Source: Macrostomum lignano
Taxonomy: Eukaryota
DNA: 64,000 nt
Assembly (NCBI GenBank): GCA_002269645.1
Contig: NIVC01000393.1
Coordinates: 62,001-126,000 of the forward strand
Direction of reading: 5' to 3'
The notes under the pieces: generated by a model
What the model was told of the DNA's origin: nothing
Database searches by the model: none
Seen by the model: the letters and a program-made list of their open reading frames with translations, nothing else
Program-made: the position numbers and the translations under genes
Shown here: positions 25,390 through 39,679 of the stretch, in pieces
How positions within the stretch are numbered: position 1 is the first letter of the stretch
Layout of the letters: the number at the start of each line of letters is the position of its first letter

Positions 25390-28300
25390 TTGGGGAGCCA
25401 AAGAAATGCAATACACGTTTTTTTAATAAGCTACATGTATCCTTGAAATCTTAAAAAATCTCCTGTCAAACCTTGTAAGCCTTGACATGTCAGTTACCCC
25501 CCCCCCCACAAGCTTTAACATATTATCAACTTCCCCCCTTGACATCTCAGCAATGCCCAATAAGCCTTGGAAATCTAAAAATATCTGTCAACCTTCTAAC
25601 CCTAACCCTAACCCTAGCCTAACCTTCCCAAATGAATCTCTTAACTTCGACATGAAGCTTCTTTTATTTTTTACATTACGCTTTTTCTATCAGCGATCCC
25701 TCCCCTGAGGAGGCATCAAATAATGTAATAAAAAGTTTTCAATAAACTACATGTAGCTTCTGACTTTAGCCTTGAAATCTCATTTATACCCCGTGAGCCT
25801 TGACATCTCAGCTATTCCCCCCGTAAGCCTTAACATGTCAGCGATAGCCCCCATAAACCTAGAAATCTAAAAAATCCCCTGTTAACCTTGAAACCCGATA
25901 AAATCTAACCCTCAACCCAAACCTGACGTAAACCTAACTTAAACCCAACCTAAAGCATTGAAATCTCAGCAATTCTTCTCCCCTAAGCCTTGACATTTTA
26001 GTGATTCTTTCTTTAAGAATCACAGCACTATAACGATTTCCACCTAGCTTTGACATCGTAGCAATTCCCAAATGAATCTTTTAACTTCGACATGACTTTT
26101 CTTTTATGTATACATAGTGGTACTTTTATTTTTTACATGACTTTTCTTCTATCGGCGCCCCCCCCCCGTGACGAGCCAACAAAGAATGCAATAAAAAAAT
26201 TGAGTAAAGTACATGAACTTTCAAGTAGCTTCTGACTTTTGCTTTGACATCTCAGAACCCCCCCCCGTAATCTCAGTTATTCTCTGAGAGCCTTGACGTC
26301 TCAGTTTTTCTCCCCAGCACAGCATTATAGTTGCACTTAATTTTTACATGAACCCTTCATGTCTGACATGACGTTTCTTTTATTCTACCGTGACGCTTCT
26401 TAATTTTTTAAATGACACTTTCATTAGTTTTTAAATGACGCTTCTATGATTGTTTACATGACGCTTCTATGATTGTTTACATGACGCTTCTATGATTTTT
26501 TCATGACGCCTCTATGATTGTTTACATGACGCTTCTATGATTGTTTACATGACGCTTCTATGATTTTTTACATGACGCTTCTACGATTTTTACATGACGC
26601 TTCTACGATTTTTACATGACGCTTCTATGATTGTTTACATGACGCTTCTATGATTTTTATATGACGCTTCTACGATTTTTTACATGACGCTTCTATGATT
26701 GTTTACATGACGCTTCTACGATTTTTTACATGACGCTTCTATGATTGTTTACATGACGCTTCTATGATTTTTTACATGGCGCTTCTATGATTGTTTACAT
26801 GACGCTTCTACGATTTTTTAAATGATGCTTCTATGATTTTTAACATGACCCTTCTATGATTTTTACATGACGCTTCTACGATTTTTTACATGACGCTTCT
26901 ATGATTGTTTACATGACGCTTCTATGATTTTTACATGACGCTTCTACGATTTTTTACATGACGCTTCTATGATTGTTTACATGACGCTTCTATGATTGTT
27001 TACATGACGCTTCTATGATTGTTTACATGACGCTTCTACGATTTTTTACATGACGCTTCTATGATTGTTTACATGACGCTTCTATGATTTTTTACATGGC
27101 GCTTCTATGATTGTTTACATGACGCTTCTACGATTTTTTAAATGATGCTTCTATGATTTTTAACATGACCCTTCTATGATTTTTACATGACGCTTCTACG
27201 ATTTTTTACATGACGCTTCTATGATTGTTTACATGACGCTTCTATGATTTTTATATGACGCTTCTACGATTTTTTACATGACGCTTCTATGATTGTTTAC
27301 ATGACGCTTCTACGATTTTTTACATGACGCTTCTATGATTGTTTACATGACGCTTCTATGATTTTTTACATGGCGCTTCTATGATTGTTTACATGACGCT
27401 TCTACGATTTTTTAAATGATGCTTCTATGATTTTTAACATGACCCTTCTATGATTTTTACATGACGCTTCTACGATTTTTTACATGACGCTTCTATGATT
27501 GTGTACATGACGCTTCTATGATTTTTATATGACGCTTCTACGATTTTTTACATGACGCTTCTATGATTGTTTACATGACGCTTCTATGATTGTTTACATG
27601 ACGCTTCTACGATTTTTACATGACGCTTCTACGATTTTTACATGACGCTTCTATGATTGTTTACATGACGCTTCTATGATTTTTATATGACGCTTCTACG
27701 ATTTTTTACATGACGCTTCTATGATTGTTTACATGACGCTTCTACGATTTTTTACATGACGCTTCTATGATTGTTTACATGACGCTTCTATGATTTTTTA
27801 CATGGCGCTTCTATGATTGTTTACATGACGCTTCTACGATTTTTTAAATGATGCTTCTATGATTTTTAACATGCCCCTATTATGATTTTTACATGACGCT
27901 TCTACGATTTTTTACATGACGCTTCTATGATTGTTTACATGACGCTTCTATGATTTTTACATGACGCTTCTACGATTTTTTACATGACGCTTCTATGATT
28001 GTTTACATGACGCTTCTATGATTGTTTACATGACGCTTCTATGATTGTTTACATGACGCTTCTACGATTTTTTACATGACGCTTCTATGATTGTTTACAT
28101 GACGCTTCTATGATTTTTTACATGGCGCTTCTATGATTGTTTACATGACGCTTCTACGATTTTTTAAATGATGCTTCTATGATTTTTAACATGACCCTTC
28201 TATGATTTTTACATGACGCTTCTACGATTTTTTACATGACGCTTCTATGATTGTTTACATGACGCTTCTATGATTTTTATATGACGCTTCTACGATTTTT

Positions 28301-29415
28301 TACATGACGCTTCTATGATTGTTTACATGACGCTTCTACGATTTTTTACATGACGCTTCTATGATTGTTTACATGACGCTTCTATGATTTTTTACATGGC
28401 GCTTCTATGATTGTTTACATGACGCTTCTACGATTTTTTAAATGATGCTTCTATGATTTTTAACATGACCCTTCTATGATTTTTACATGACGCTTCTACG
28501 ATTTTTTACATGACGCTTCTATGATTGTGTACATGACGCTTCTATGATTTTTATATGACGCTTCTACGATTTTTTACATGACGCTTCTATGATTGTTTAC
28601 ATGACGCTTCTATGATTGTTTACATGACGCTTCTACGAGTGTTTACATGACGCTTCTATGATTGTTTACATGACGCTTCTACGAGTGTTTACATGACGCT
28701 TCTATGATTGTTTACATGACGCTTCTATGATTTTTTAAATGACGCATCTATGATTTTTATATGACGCTTTTATGATTTTGTAAATGACGCATCTATCATT
28801 TTTATATGACACTTCTATGATTTTTACATGACGCTTCTTTTTAAAAAGTCTTTTAGTTTTCCTGACGTTGAAAAGCTTTAATTAAAAAAATTATACTCTA
28901 TGAAAATTCGAACCAATTCGAACCAAACTGCATTTAGCATTTCAGTTTGTTCACCTCTAGGCTAGCTCTCATCGTTTTGATAACATGAAATTTTTCACTT
29001 ATATAATTCAACACTTTAAAATCCAAGCATAGAGTAAATCACACGAAGCAGTTATGACATAATCAGTTTCTCAGTCAGTCAGTATCAGTTAACAATATGG
29101 TTACGCAATTTAAATCAAGTCTGGTGCTACGCTTCCACACTGCATTTTCAATTCAAGTCGGAGTTACAATTCAGTTATGATGCAATCTATTTCAGAATCA
29201 GAATTCAACCAGTCAGATTTTTCTCTAGCATTCTTACAATGCATTTCAAGTCGAAAAGTTTGCTTGACCTTTGCAAAAAAGCATGTTTTTCGAATATTTA
29301 ATGCCTTTAGCATCGAGCAATTTCTTAGCCACGATGCATGTACCGTCACGGGAAAATTTCTGATCGAACAGTGCAAGTCTCATGAAAATCGGTTAAGCCA
29401 TTTTTTCTCTAATCG
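25390..29415 (-). mobile_element. Satellite-bearing element, copy 2 (inverted relative to 1570-5357); 23-bp array at ~26430-28840
   Basis: Head, array and tail all match copy 1 as reverse complement. Confidence 0.75.
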
Positions 29416-29910
29416 ATTACAAGCAAGCAAGATTTTCATTTTTAGTATATTGGATTAACTGATATCCACAGTCACTTATTACTCTGTATCCATGACAATA
29501 CCTGTAAACTATTTTTTACTACTTAAATCCATCACAATAGTAATCAATATTTTATTGCCTAATAACTGAGCTATCTTTTAATTCCATAATGTCAAATCCT
29601 ATTTTACAATTCAATACATATCAGTTTTCAAATATCAATTCTCTACTTTTATTCGATCTATTTTATACTGTACTTCGATTTATTTATATTGATGCACTGC
29701 TTTATTACTCGCACACCATTATATACAAACTGTAACCAATACTGTAAAAATATTTGAAATATAATAATACATAGTGGCGTAAGAGCCGGCCAAGCTGAAG
29801 CGCCGGGCATCCTATATATCCTAAAAATGAGTTGTCTGTATCTTATATAATAAAAATGAGTTGCCTGTCGGTATTCTTTTCTAAGGCCCAAATACCAGTG
29901 CTTACTTTTA

Positions 29911-30339
29911 GTGCTAAAATGAGTGCCTGTGGAGCTAAAAGGAGTGCCTGCGGTGCTAAAATGAGTGCCTGTGGTGCTAAAAGGAGTGCCTGTGGTGCTA
30001 AAATGAGTGACTGCGGCGCTAAAATGAGTGCCTGCGGTGCTAAAATGAGTGCCTGTGGTGCTAAAATGAGTGCCTGCGGTGCTAAAATGAGTGCCTGTGG
30101 TGCTAAAATGAGTGCCTGCGGTGCTAAAATGAGTGCCTGTGGTGCTAAAATGAGTGCCTGCGGTGCTACAATGAGTGCCTGCGGTGCTAAAATGAGTGCC
30201 TGTGGTGCTAAAATGAGTGCCTGCGGTGCTAAAATGAGTGCCTGCGGTGCTAAAATGAGTGCCTGCGGTGCTAAAATGAGTGCCTGCGGCGCTAAAATGA
30301 GTGACTGCGGCGCTAAAATGAGTGCCTGCGGCGCTAAAA
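29911..30339. repeat. 21-bp minisatellite (GCTAAAATGAGTGCCTGCGGT), ~20 copies
   Basis: Direct reading of the array. Confidence 0.96.
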
Positions 30340-33300
30340 CTGATTTTGTTGCATTCGGGAATACAACAAATGGCATACTGAAAACATTAAAAAACCTTGC
30401 TGCAGTCACTTACATGTACTTACCTAACGATTGCTGTAGTAACTGTATACCACCTGACTGGGACAGAACTTCAGAACATACCGGATTGGGGAATTAGAGA
30501 TATGCGCAGTCTAGATGTATCTACAATTTGTAAAACCTTGCTACGTACTTGTAATTCAGGAATACTAACGTACTCATTCCTTGCCGCCGTTATTTAGACT
30601 AGCATGCCTTTGCAATAAACAACACAGTCTAGATGGACTGCAGAAAGTGCATAAATACTTAAATTGGTTTTCCGTTAAACTTGCTTTCGAGTTTATCGAG
30701 TTTATTCGAGTTCAAAATGGTTTTCGAGGTTGTGAAATTTCGAGTTTATGAAAATAACTGGTTTCGATGTGAAATTTCGAGCTTGTGAAAGCAACCCACG
30801 ATACATTGATCTGTGAATACAATCAATACATTAAATTAAAGCAGTCAGATAATCAGATTCAGAGATCCTGTAATTGTTTTAGAGGCTGATTTCCGTGAAA
30901 ATACACTGGAGAATATATCATTAACAAAATATATTACCCAAAGCATTTCATTCTGAAGGATGAAGACTACCATTATTTTAATATAGCGTGCACAACATGT
31001 TACTCTACTTTATTTTATATGCTAATAGTTGCGCGTTAATAAGTTTCATCATCCTAGTTTTCATTTTTAAAACACTTATGAATTTTTTTACTGTTGTGTC
31101 CCTTCTTCACACTTTATATGCTACATTATATATATACTTGTTTCAAGACAAAGCAAAACAAAATATTTCGGCTACTGATACTAATGTCACTAGTGAGTAT
31201 TTATAACCTTTGGCTTGTAAAAAATTTAAAAAAGAATTATATCTAAATTATATTCAGATTTAATCTAAATATAATCTATATTAGGCAAAAACTTTTTAAA
31301 CCCAACAGGCAACATACATGTATATAATACAACAGACTGACATGCTTTGCATCCTAAATTAAAAGAATGGTAGTATTCATTAACCGAGATCAAATGCTAT
31401 CTATCGCTTGATTTTGTGATGCAAAAATGACGCTTTTTCTGTCTCCGCATCCGCACTGTTATTTTTGATGGATATTAGCCTCCAAAAATTATAAAATTGC
31501 ACGGCGAATGCCGCGAATGTACTGCCTGAGGTCTTGAGAAAGTGTCTGAATAATTTTACTTTACTCTAGAACTGTATTAAATGCATGACAATTCATAATA
31601 ACAATTAGGCTGCATTCTCATATGAACTTTAAAAATCATAAATTTACGATACATTAAATAAAAAGTAACTGAGTTCTTGTTGTCAACAGCTACGAAAAAC
31701 ATTAACAAAACTGAACTTACCTTTCGATTTTTTTACTCGTCCATGATAAAAGCAGGGGAGTTTTTAAGTGTTATTGCAATACATAAAACAATTAAGACTT
31801 TTTTACCAGAAAAAATGTATCTAAGGTGGCACAACAGTTAAACTTTCAAATATAGATTCTTTTTTTAATAATTACGATACGTCGAAACGGTACCGGTATA
31901 ATTGATCTTCGACTTCAATGACAATGAATATGACAGGAACTAAATGTGCTTCACCCGAAGTGTTACAAAAGATTACTAAGTGTTCAATATTAGCACTGCT
32001 AGACTCAAACCGTGCCAAAACAAAAACAAACCAAAAAAACACAGACCATGAGTGATGAGTGCATGACTTCATGAGAGTTACTTAACTTTAGGCCTGCAAC
32101 TGCCACATTAATGGACTGCCACATCGCTAACTTGCAGGCGGTTGAGCTTGCTGCTGATATTGGCAGCAGTGTGAGCTGTGAGCGCGTGCATGCAAGGAGC
32201 CTACCTGTGCTGTGCATCTTAGTATTAAGGCTATTGGCTAACCCGATAATATATCAATTTGGCTTATGAGTGGCTCTCCAATGCATTATCACCAGCTTAA
32301 TCACTTAAATTCTACAAACCCAAAATGAGCTACTGATTTAAAGTACTATGATTACAGACGAAGTATGAATGCTAATACTAAATTTTTAAAAATCATTTCC
32401 ACCGTTTTTATTTATGTTCGAATAAATAATACTTTTTACTCTTTCAATACTACTTTTCTAATCCGCGTATTTTCATCGCTTAAACTTAATAATCCTCTAA
32501 TTTTAATAGTAATAATCCTTACCATAATTTAATGTTGTTCACTTAAATTCTAATTTTTGGTCTTCTGCCTGTTCTGCTTTTTTTACACCCACAATACTTA
32601 CATCAAGAAAATATTTTGTCTAGCAAGATTCGAACCTCAAACCTTCCAATTTCAAGTCAGGCGCACTGGCCACTCGACCAATTTTTAGCGGTGTCTATTT
32701 TTAGCACTCAGAATTCCCAGACTTCTCATTCCCGTCCGCGGTGCACTCGACCCCAGCCTACACGGACCAATAGCAGCGTTCCTTGGCATATCTAGCGTAC
32801 TATCACTGTGCGCACTGTGTGGACTCTCTAGGCTAGCCTGTGTGGGTCCACGGTGGAGCCACCTGGCTAGCCACGTATTTTTTGTTTAGTGGATTGTCTG
32901 GCTAGCCCACGGCCGTTAGGTGGGCACTGACTGAGTAATGGGGGATTCAGAGATCAGAGTTCATAGATGTGCACAAGGCACATGGCTCAGCTCAACCCCA
33001 CATTTATTCAATTCGTTTATTGGGGGTGGGGGCGCACGGGCACGGGTATGAAGCACACAAGGTAGGGAGCAAATGAGAATCAAACGGTCCAAATGAGAAT
33101 CAAGACGCAAACATGAGAAACAACACGTCAAAATGAGAATCAATGCGCCAAACCAAAATGAGAATCAATCAAGGCGTCATAGATGGAATCTTGGCGCTAG
33201 ACAGAGGTTGAATGAACCACAATTGTTGCAATTGCAAGTATTAAAAAACAACAAAGTCAATTTCCGGTAGAATTTAAAGTTCAGTTGAAAGTTGAAACAG

Positions 33301-34674
33301 CCATTATCCATTCAGACTGGGGAGGACTTCATTTCACTGTAACACAGCATTCCTTTAAAAAGTCGCCTCACACAGCTGGCACTTGCGAACCCCCCCCCCC
33401 ACCTCACAAGCCCAGGGGAGAGGAGAGGCGCAGAAGGACTGTACATTAACCCCACCTCCATATATAGAAACTATATTATAAACTGCAGGGATCACACTAC
33501 GCTGGGTTGGAGAAATGACAATACGCTGGGACGCAATTTACACTGGGACAAAAATACCCTACAGAGGGAGAGGGAGAGAGATAAAGAGATCGGGGAAGTT
33601 CAGGCTGTACAAGCCAAACCTGAGCTAGCTGGGTAAACTGTCAACACTTCTTTCTTTTTTACGGGACTTGACTTGGTATTGGATTGACTAATGCAGACTT
33701 GCAGAGCCGCTGTTTCAGGGCAGGGGAAGCTTGATAACTTGCTACTGCTTGCTATATAAAATAGCAATCTGTTAACCAAACTAGTGACACTACCTCTTTA
33801 GTAAGGCTTTGTTTATATATATAAAATAGACCTGTTCAATGATTTATAATTACTGCCTTAAAAATCTGGATTCTAGAAATTAGAATATGCTATCGAATAC
33901 AGATTCAAAAAGGAGTTTAAAAATTTATGAGAATCCTCGTGTTGCACTAGCTCAGTTTTCTGTGTGCTCTATTTATGATCACTTTTTCTCTCTATGATCT
34001 CTATTCTCTCTTAGTCTTGCCGCTCTCTATGATCTCTATTCTCTCTTAGTCTTGCCGCTCTCTATGATCTCTATTCTCTCTTAGTCTTGCCGCTCTCTAT
34101 GATCTCTATTCTCTCTTAGTCTTGCCGCTCTCTATGATCTCTCTTCTCTCTTAGTCTTGCCGCTCTCTATGATCTCTCTTCTCTCTTAGCCTTGCCGCTC
34201 TCTATGATCTCTCTTCTCTCTTAGTCTTGCCGCTCTCTATGATCTCTCTTCTCTCTTAGTCTTGCCGCTCTCTATGATCTCTCTTCTCTCTTAGTCTTGC
34301 CGCTCTCTATGATCTCTATTCTCTCTTAGTCTTGCCGCTCTCTATGATCTCTCTTGGCCATTTCTATGATCTCTCTTCTCTCTTAGTCTTGCCGCTCTCT
34401 ATGATCTCTCTTGGCCATTTCTATGATCTCTCGTGCCTCTCTCTATGATCTCTCTTGCCCTCTCTATGATCTCTCGTGCCTCTCTCTATGATCTCTCTTG
34501 CCCTCTCTATGATCTCTCGTGCCTCTCTCTATGATCTCTCTTGCCCCTCTCTATGATCTCTCGTGCCTCTCTATGATCTCTCTTGCCCTCTCTATGATCT
34601 CTCTTGGCCCTCTTTATGATCTCTCGTGCCTCTCTCTATGATCTCTCTTGCCCTTCTCTATGATCTCTCTTGCC

Positions 34675-35389
34675 TATGGATTGCAAAATCTCGTTTTTGC
34701 GATCCCGAGATCCCGGGATTTACCCAGAATTAGGCCAATCCCGGGATCAGAAAAATACAGATTTTTAAGCTTCTGGCCGTTCTGGGTTGAAATTTTAAGG
34801 CAAAATATGCGCTAAACGTGTTTGCTTCCATTTTTTATTGCTATAGGGTTAATGATCTATTTGTAGATAAAAACAGCATTATCTAGTGACGTATTTAAGT
34901 AAGTAGTTACAAAAGAACCAGTTAGTAGTAAAGAAGCAAATCAAATATCAAAATTTACATTGGAATAAATTTCACATTTAAATCTGTGATGCAGGGTTTA
35001 CAGAGGTGCCACGCGACCAGTAGCGCAACCAGAAATTTTTCAAGGGGGGGGGCGGATTCTGAGGGTAAAGACCCGGGAGGGGGGGCGGCGGAGGGGTGGC
35101 TCTATTTTTGGCGAAAATTCGCTTGGTCCCCCCTTTGATTTTTTTCGGTCCCCCGCCTAAGGGGGGGCGACCGCCCCCCCCCGCCCCCCCCCCCTGGTTG
35201 CGCCACTGCACGCGACGTGAGGCAAGTAACGGAAATTAGCGCAGTATAATAAACTAGTTCTGGGGCCTAATTACTCGTATGTTCATATTTCAACACTTTT
35301 TGTAAAAATAATAACAAAAATTAGTCCCGGGATTAGGGACCCCAAATCCTGGGACTGGAGATCCCGGGATCCCGGGATTGCAATCCCTA
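34675..35389. mobile_element. hAT-like MITE (TAGGGATTGCAA-type ends) inserted in the CT-rich minisatellite
   Basis: tatggattgcaa ... ttgcaatcccta, with repeated subterminal tcccggga motifs. Confidence 0.55.
35018..35208. mobile_element. 191-bp hAT-type MITE with 8-bp TSD
   Basis: TIR cagtagcgcaaccag / ctggttgcgccactg, TSD cacgcgac at 35010-35017 and 35209-35216, and an empty site at 38726-38733. Confidence 0.93.
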
Positions 35390-36002
35390 CGGAGTCTTGC
35401 CCCTCTCTATCTATCTTGCCCTCTCTATGATCTATCTTGCCCTCTCTATGATCTATCTTGCCCTCTCCACATGATCTACATGTATCTTGCCTTTTCAATA
35501 TGATCTCTGTTGCCCCATATATTTTCCTTCTGTACCTTTTCTGGCAACAATAAGAAGCAAAAACTTCACTATATATTTTTAAAAAACAAAACATAATTTT
35601 GATTTTGAAGCTGCAAACTAACAGACAAGAGCGGTATATTTTTTTAATAAAAGCGGCAATGCTCACTGATGCAGATGGCTGGTTCAGAATATTTTCTAAA
35701 CTTTTCTGCCACAACTAAGAGAATTTAAGGCCCAATTGCCTTCCACCTTTTCTATCCTAGCTATGGCCTGTCAGCTGTAAAGAATTTACTCAAAAAGCCC
35801 AAGATTGTCAAAAGCTTAAATTTAGGCAGACATTGAGAGCAAGCTTTGTTGACAAGCTATTTTTTTAAACCAATTTGCCTGCCTAACTTTTGCTTTTCTG
35901 CTAAGATAAGTTCATTTCTTTTGTTGTCTACTTCCAAGCCTTTCCAAAACCAAGCCTTTCCGTTTCTAACCATCGGTCAAAGAATTCTCTCTCCTCTCTC
36001 TC

Positions 36003-36033
<31 letters not shown>

Positions 36034-39000
36034 TTAGAATAGAATAGAATAGAAACAAAAACAACACATTTACTTAAATTACTTATATGTCCTGAAATTC
36101 TTTGCTATAGGCTATACATAATGGCTGTGCATTTTTAATATGCTATACATCTTAAATGGAATACTATACTATAGCTTTAAGTGGCATATTCAAAAAATTT
36201 TAGGGGGGATGCCAGGCAGTTTGTTACTGAGAGAGGTGGCACTGGCAAGAATGGGCCCACACCAGAATTTTCCTCTTAAAAATCTTCAGTGGCCCTAAGG
36301 CAAAGGCCCTAAAGGGGGTGGTCGACCCCTTGCCCTTAGGTGCATTTGGTGCAACCATTGGACTTGAGTCAAGCTTGAAAAAAACTAGTGAATTCCCATT
36401 AATGTATGTGTCATTGATCATCATTGATAAAACTAAAACCTGTTAAATTTAAGCCAAAGGCATTAGTCAATAATTCTAATTCCAGTGAATGATGTTATTT
36501 TATAGAGCTAGCTAGATTCTGCCAATGCCGAAGCATTAACAATAACAAGCTGCGCTTTTAGACTCACTAAAGCAGTACTGTAGAATTCATAGAATTCCAG
36601 CCGTAGGCGTCTTGCGAGCCGTGGTGAGGGGGAGAGGAGAGACGAGCCATCTGCGGAACCCAGCGTGCCTGCTAATATACGAACTCAGTTTATGTTGAAA
36701 GGCGCTTGTGTACGCATGGAGGGATGGCTGCACTCCGTGGCGGCCGTGCGGGTAAACCAGATTGGTGGAGAGAGAGAGACAGACAGAGAGGGAGATAAGA
36801 GAAGGGCTTAGTTGCCTGTATGACTATGACCGGCTGTGTTTGCTCTAAATTTCTATCGGCGTCCTTTTTTCCTTTCCAATGTGTGACTCAATGGAATTCG
36901 AGAATAATCGAACTGAAAAGCTTTTTTTTTCGGAACTTGGAACTTGGGGGCGGGGTGGTGTCTGGCACTGACTGAGTAATGGGGGATTCAGAGATCAGAG
37001 TTCATAGATGTGCACAAGGCACATGGCTCAGCTCAACCCCACATTTATTCAATTCGTTTATTGGGGGGGGGGGGCACGGGCAGGAAGCACACAAGGTAGG
37101 GGGCAAATGAGAATCAAACCGTCAAAATGAGAACCAATACGTCAAAACGAGAATCAATGCACCAACCAAAATGAGAATCAATCAATGAGAGACAGGTTAA
37201 ATGGGCCACAATTATTGCAATTGCAAGTATTAAAAAAACAACAAAGTCAATTTCCGGTAGAATTTAAAGTTCAATTGAAAGTTGAAACAGCCATTATCCA
37301 TTCAGACTGGGGAGGACTTCATTTCACTGTAACACAGCATTCCTTTAAAAAGTCGCCTCACACAGCTGGCACTTGCGAACCCCCCCCCCACCCCACAAGC
37401 CCAGGGGAGGGAGAGGAGAGGCGCAGAAGGACTGTACATTAACCCCACCTCCATATATAGAAACTATATTATAAACTGCAGGGATCACACTACGCTGGGT
37501 TGGAGAAATGACAATACGCTGGGACGCAATTTACACTGGGACGAAAATACCCTACAGAGGGAGAGGGAGAGAGATAAAGAGATCGGGGAAGTTCAGGCTG
37601 TACAAGCCAAACCTGAGCTAGCTGGGTAAACTGTCAACACTTCTTTCTTTTTTACGGGACTTGACTTGGTATTGGATTGACTAATGCAGACTTGCAGAGC
37701 CGCTGTTTCAGGGCAGGGGAAGCTTGATAACTTGCTACTGCTTGCTATATAAAATAGCAATCTGTTAACCAAACTAGTGACACTACCTCTCTTTAGTAAG
37801 GCTTTGTTTATATATATAAAATAGACCTGTTCAATGATTTATAATTACTGCCTTAAAAATCTGGATTCTAGAAATTAGAATATGCTATCGAATACAGATT
37901 CAAAAAGGAGTTTAAAAATTTATGAGAATCCTCGTGTTGCACTAGCTCAGTTTTCTGCGTGCTCTATTTATGATCACTTTTTCTCTCTATGATCTCTATT
38001 CTCTCTTAGTCTTGCCGCTCTCTATGATCTCTCTTGGCCCTCTCTATGATCTCTCTTGGCCCTCTCCATGATCTCTCTTGCCCCTCTCTATGATCTCTCT
38101 TGCCCCTCTCTATGATCTCTCTTGCCCCTCTCTATGATCTCTCTTGCCCCTCTCTATGATCTCTCTTGCCCCTCTCTATGAAGTCTCTTGCCCCTCTCTA
38201 TGATCTCTCTTGCCCCTCTCTATGAAGTCTCTTGCCCCTCTCTATGATCTCTCTTGCCCCTCTCTATGAAGTCTCTTGCCCCTCTCTATGAAGTCTCTTG
38301 CCCCTCTCTATGATCTCTCTTGCCCCTCTCTATGATCTCTCTTGCCTCTCTCTATGATCTCTCTTGCCCATCTCTATGATCTCTCTTGCCTATGGATTGC
38401 AAAATCTCGTTTTTGCGATCCCGAGATCCCGGGATTTACCCGGAATTAGGCCAATCCCGGGATCAGAAAAATACAGATTTTTAAGCTTCTGGCCGTTCTG
38501 GGTTGAAATTTTAAGGCAAAATATGCGCTAAAAGTTTTTGCTCCCATTTTTTATTGCTATAGGGTTAATGATCTATTTGTAGATAAAAACAGCATTATCT
38601 TGTGACGTATTTAAGTAAGTAGTTACAAAAGTACTAGTTAGTAGTAAAGAAGCAAATCAAATATCAAAATTTACATTGGAATAAATTTCACATTTAAATC
38701 TGTGATGCGGGGTTTACAGAGGTGCCACGCGACGTGAGGCAAGTAACGGAAATTAGCGCAGTATAATAAACTAGTTCTGGGGCCTAATTACTCGTATGTT
38801 CATATTTCAACACTTTTTGAAAAAACAAAAATTAGTCCCGGGATTAGGGATTTTGAAGCTGCAAACTAACAGACAAGAGCGGTATATTTCTTTAATAAAA
38901 GCGGCAATGCTCACTGATGCAGATGGCTGGTTCAGAATATTTTCTAAACTTTTCTGCCACAACTACGAGAATTTAAGGCCCAATTGCCTTCCACCTTTTC

Positions 39001-39245
39001 TATCCTAGCTATGGCCTGTCAGCTGTAAAGAATTTACTCAAAAAGCCCAAGATTGTCAAAAGCTTAAATAAATTTAGGCAGACATTGAGAGCAAGCTTTG
39101 TTGACAAGCTATTTTTTTAAACCAATTTGCCTGCCTAACTTTTGCTTTTCTGCTAAGATAAGTTCATTTCTTTTGTTGTCTACTTCCAAGCCTTTCCAAA
39201 ACCAAGCCTTTCCGTTTCTAACCATCGGTCAAAGAATTCTCTCTC

Positions 39246-39329
<84 letters not shown>

Positions 39330-39361
39330 TCTCTCTCTCCCTCTCTCCCTCTCTCCCTCTC

Positions 39362-39450
<89 letters not shown>

Positions 39451-39679
39451 TTACTGAGAGCGGACAGTCTGGCACGCAAGATCCTTCTGGTTCCGCCCTT
39501 TGCCAGCAATGAAGAATTGACTCAAATTCTGAGTAAGAAACTCTCACCTGTTACTCTTATTGCATCCCCTCCTCTTAAACCAATTGTATTCTTCTCAGCG
39601 CCTGACTTTATACTGGCGCGGGCATCCTGGCTGAGAACTTTAAACTAGCTGACTACTGTAGGCCTCCCAAACTGGAAGG

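Larger units (their letters stand above)
16032..32922. mobile_element. 16.9-kb segment bounded by ~1.63-kb inverted repeats (16032-17666 and 31280-32922) with CAC...GTG ends
   Basis: The arms are reverse complements from cactaacggccgtgggctagcc to tttttgcctaat. No transposase was seen inside. It is flanked by repeat E rather than a short TSD. Confidence 0.6.
33542..36035 (+). repeat. Segment G of the tandem duplication (second copy ~37535-39450), with 35-bp and ~21-bp CT-rich minisatellites and (CT)n end
   Basis: Near-identical to 37535-39240 apart from array copy number, a 191-bp MITE and a ~260-bp indel. Confidence 0.92.

Noticed and set aside
1570-29415. Single 28-kb foldback transposon with ~4-kb arms
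   Set aside because: Its right arm lies inside the other inverted-repeat pair (interleaved, not nested) and no TSD was seen. Two independent copies is the simpler explanation.
29832-30497. ORFs with SACGAKM / ILAPQAL repeats
   Set aside because: They are by-products of a 21-bp minisatellite that is open on both strands.
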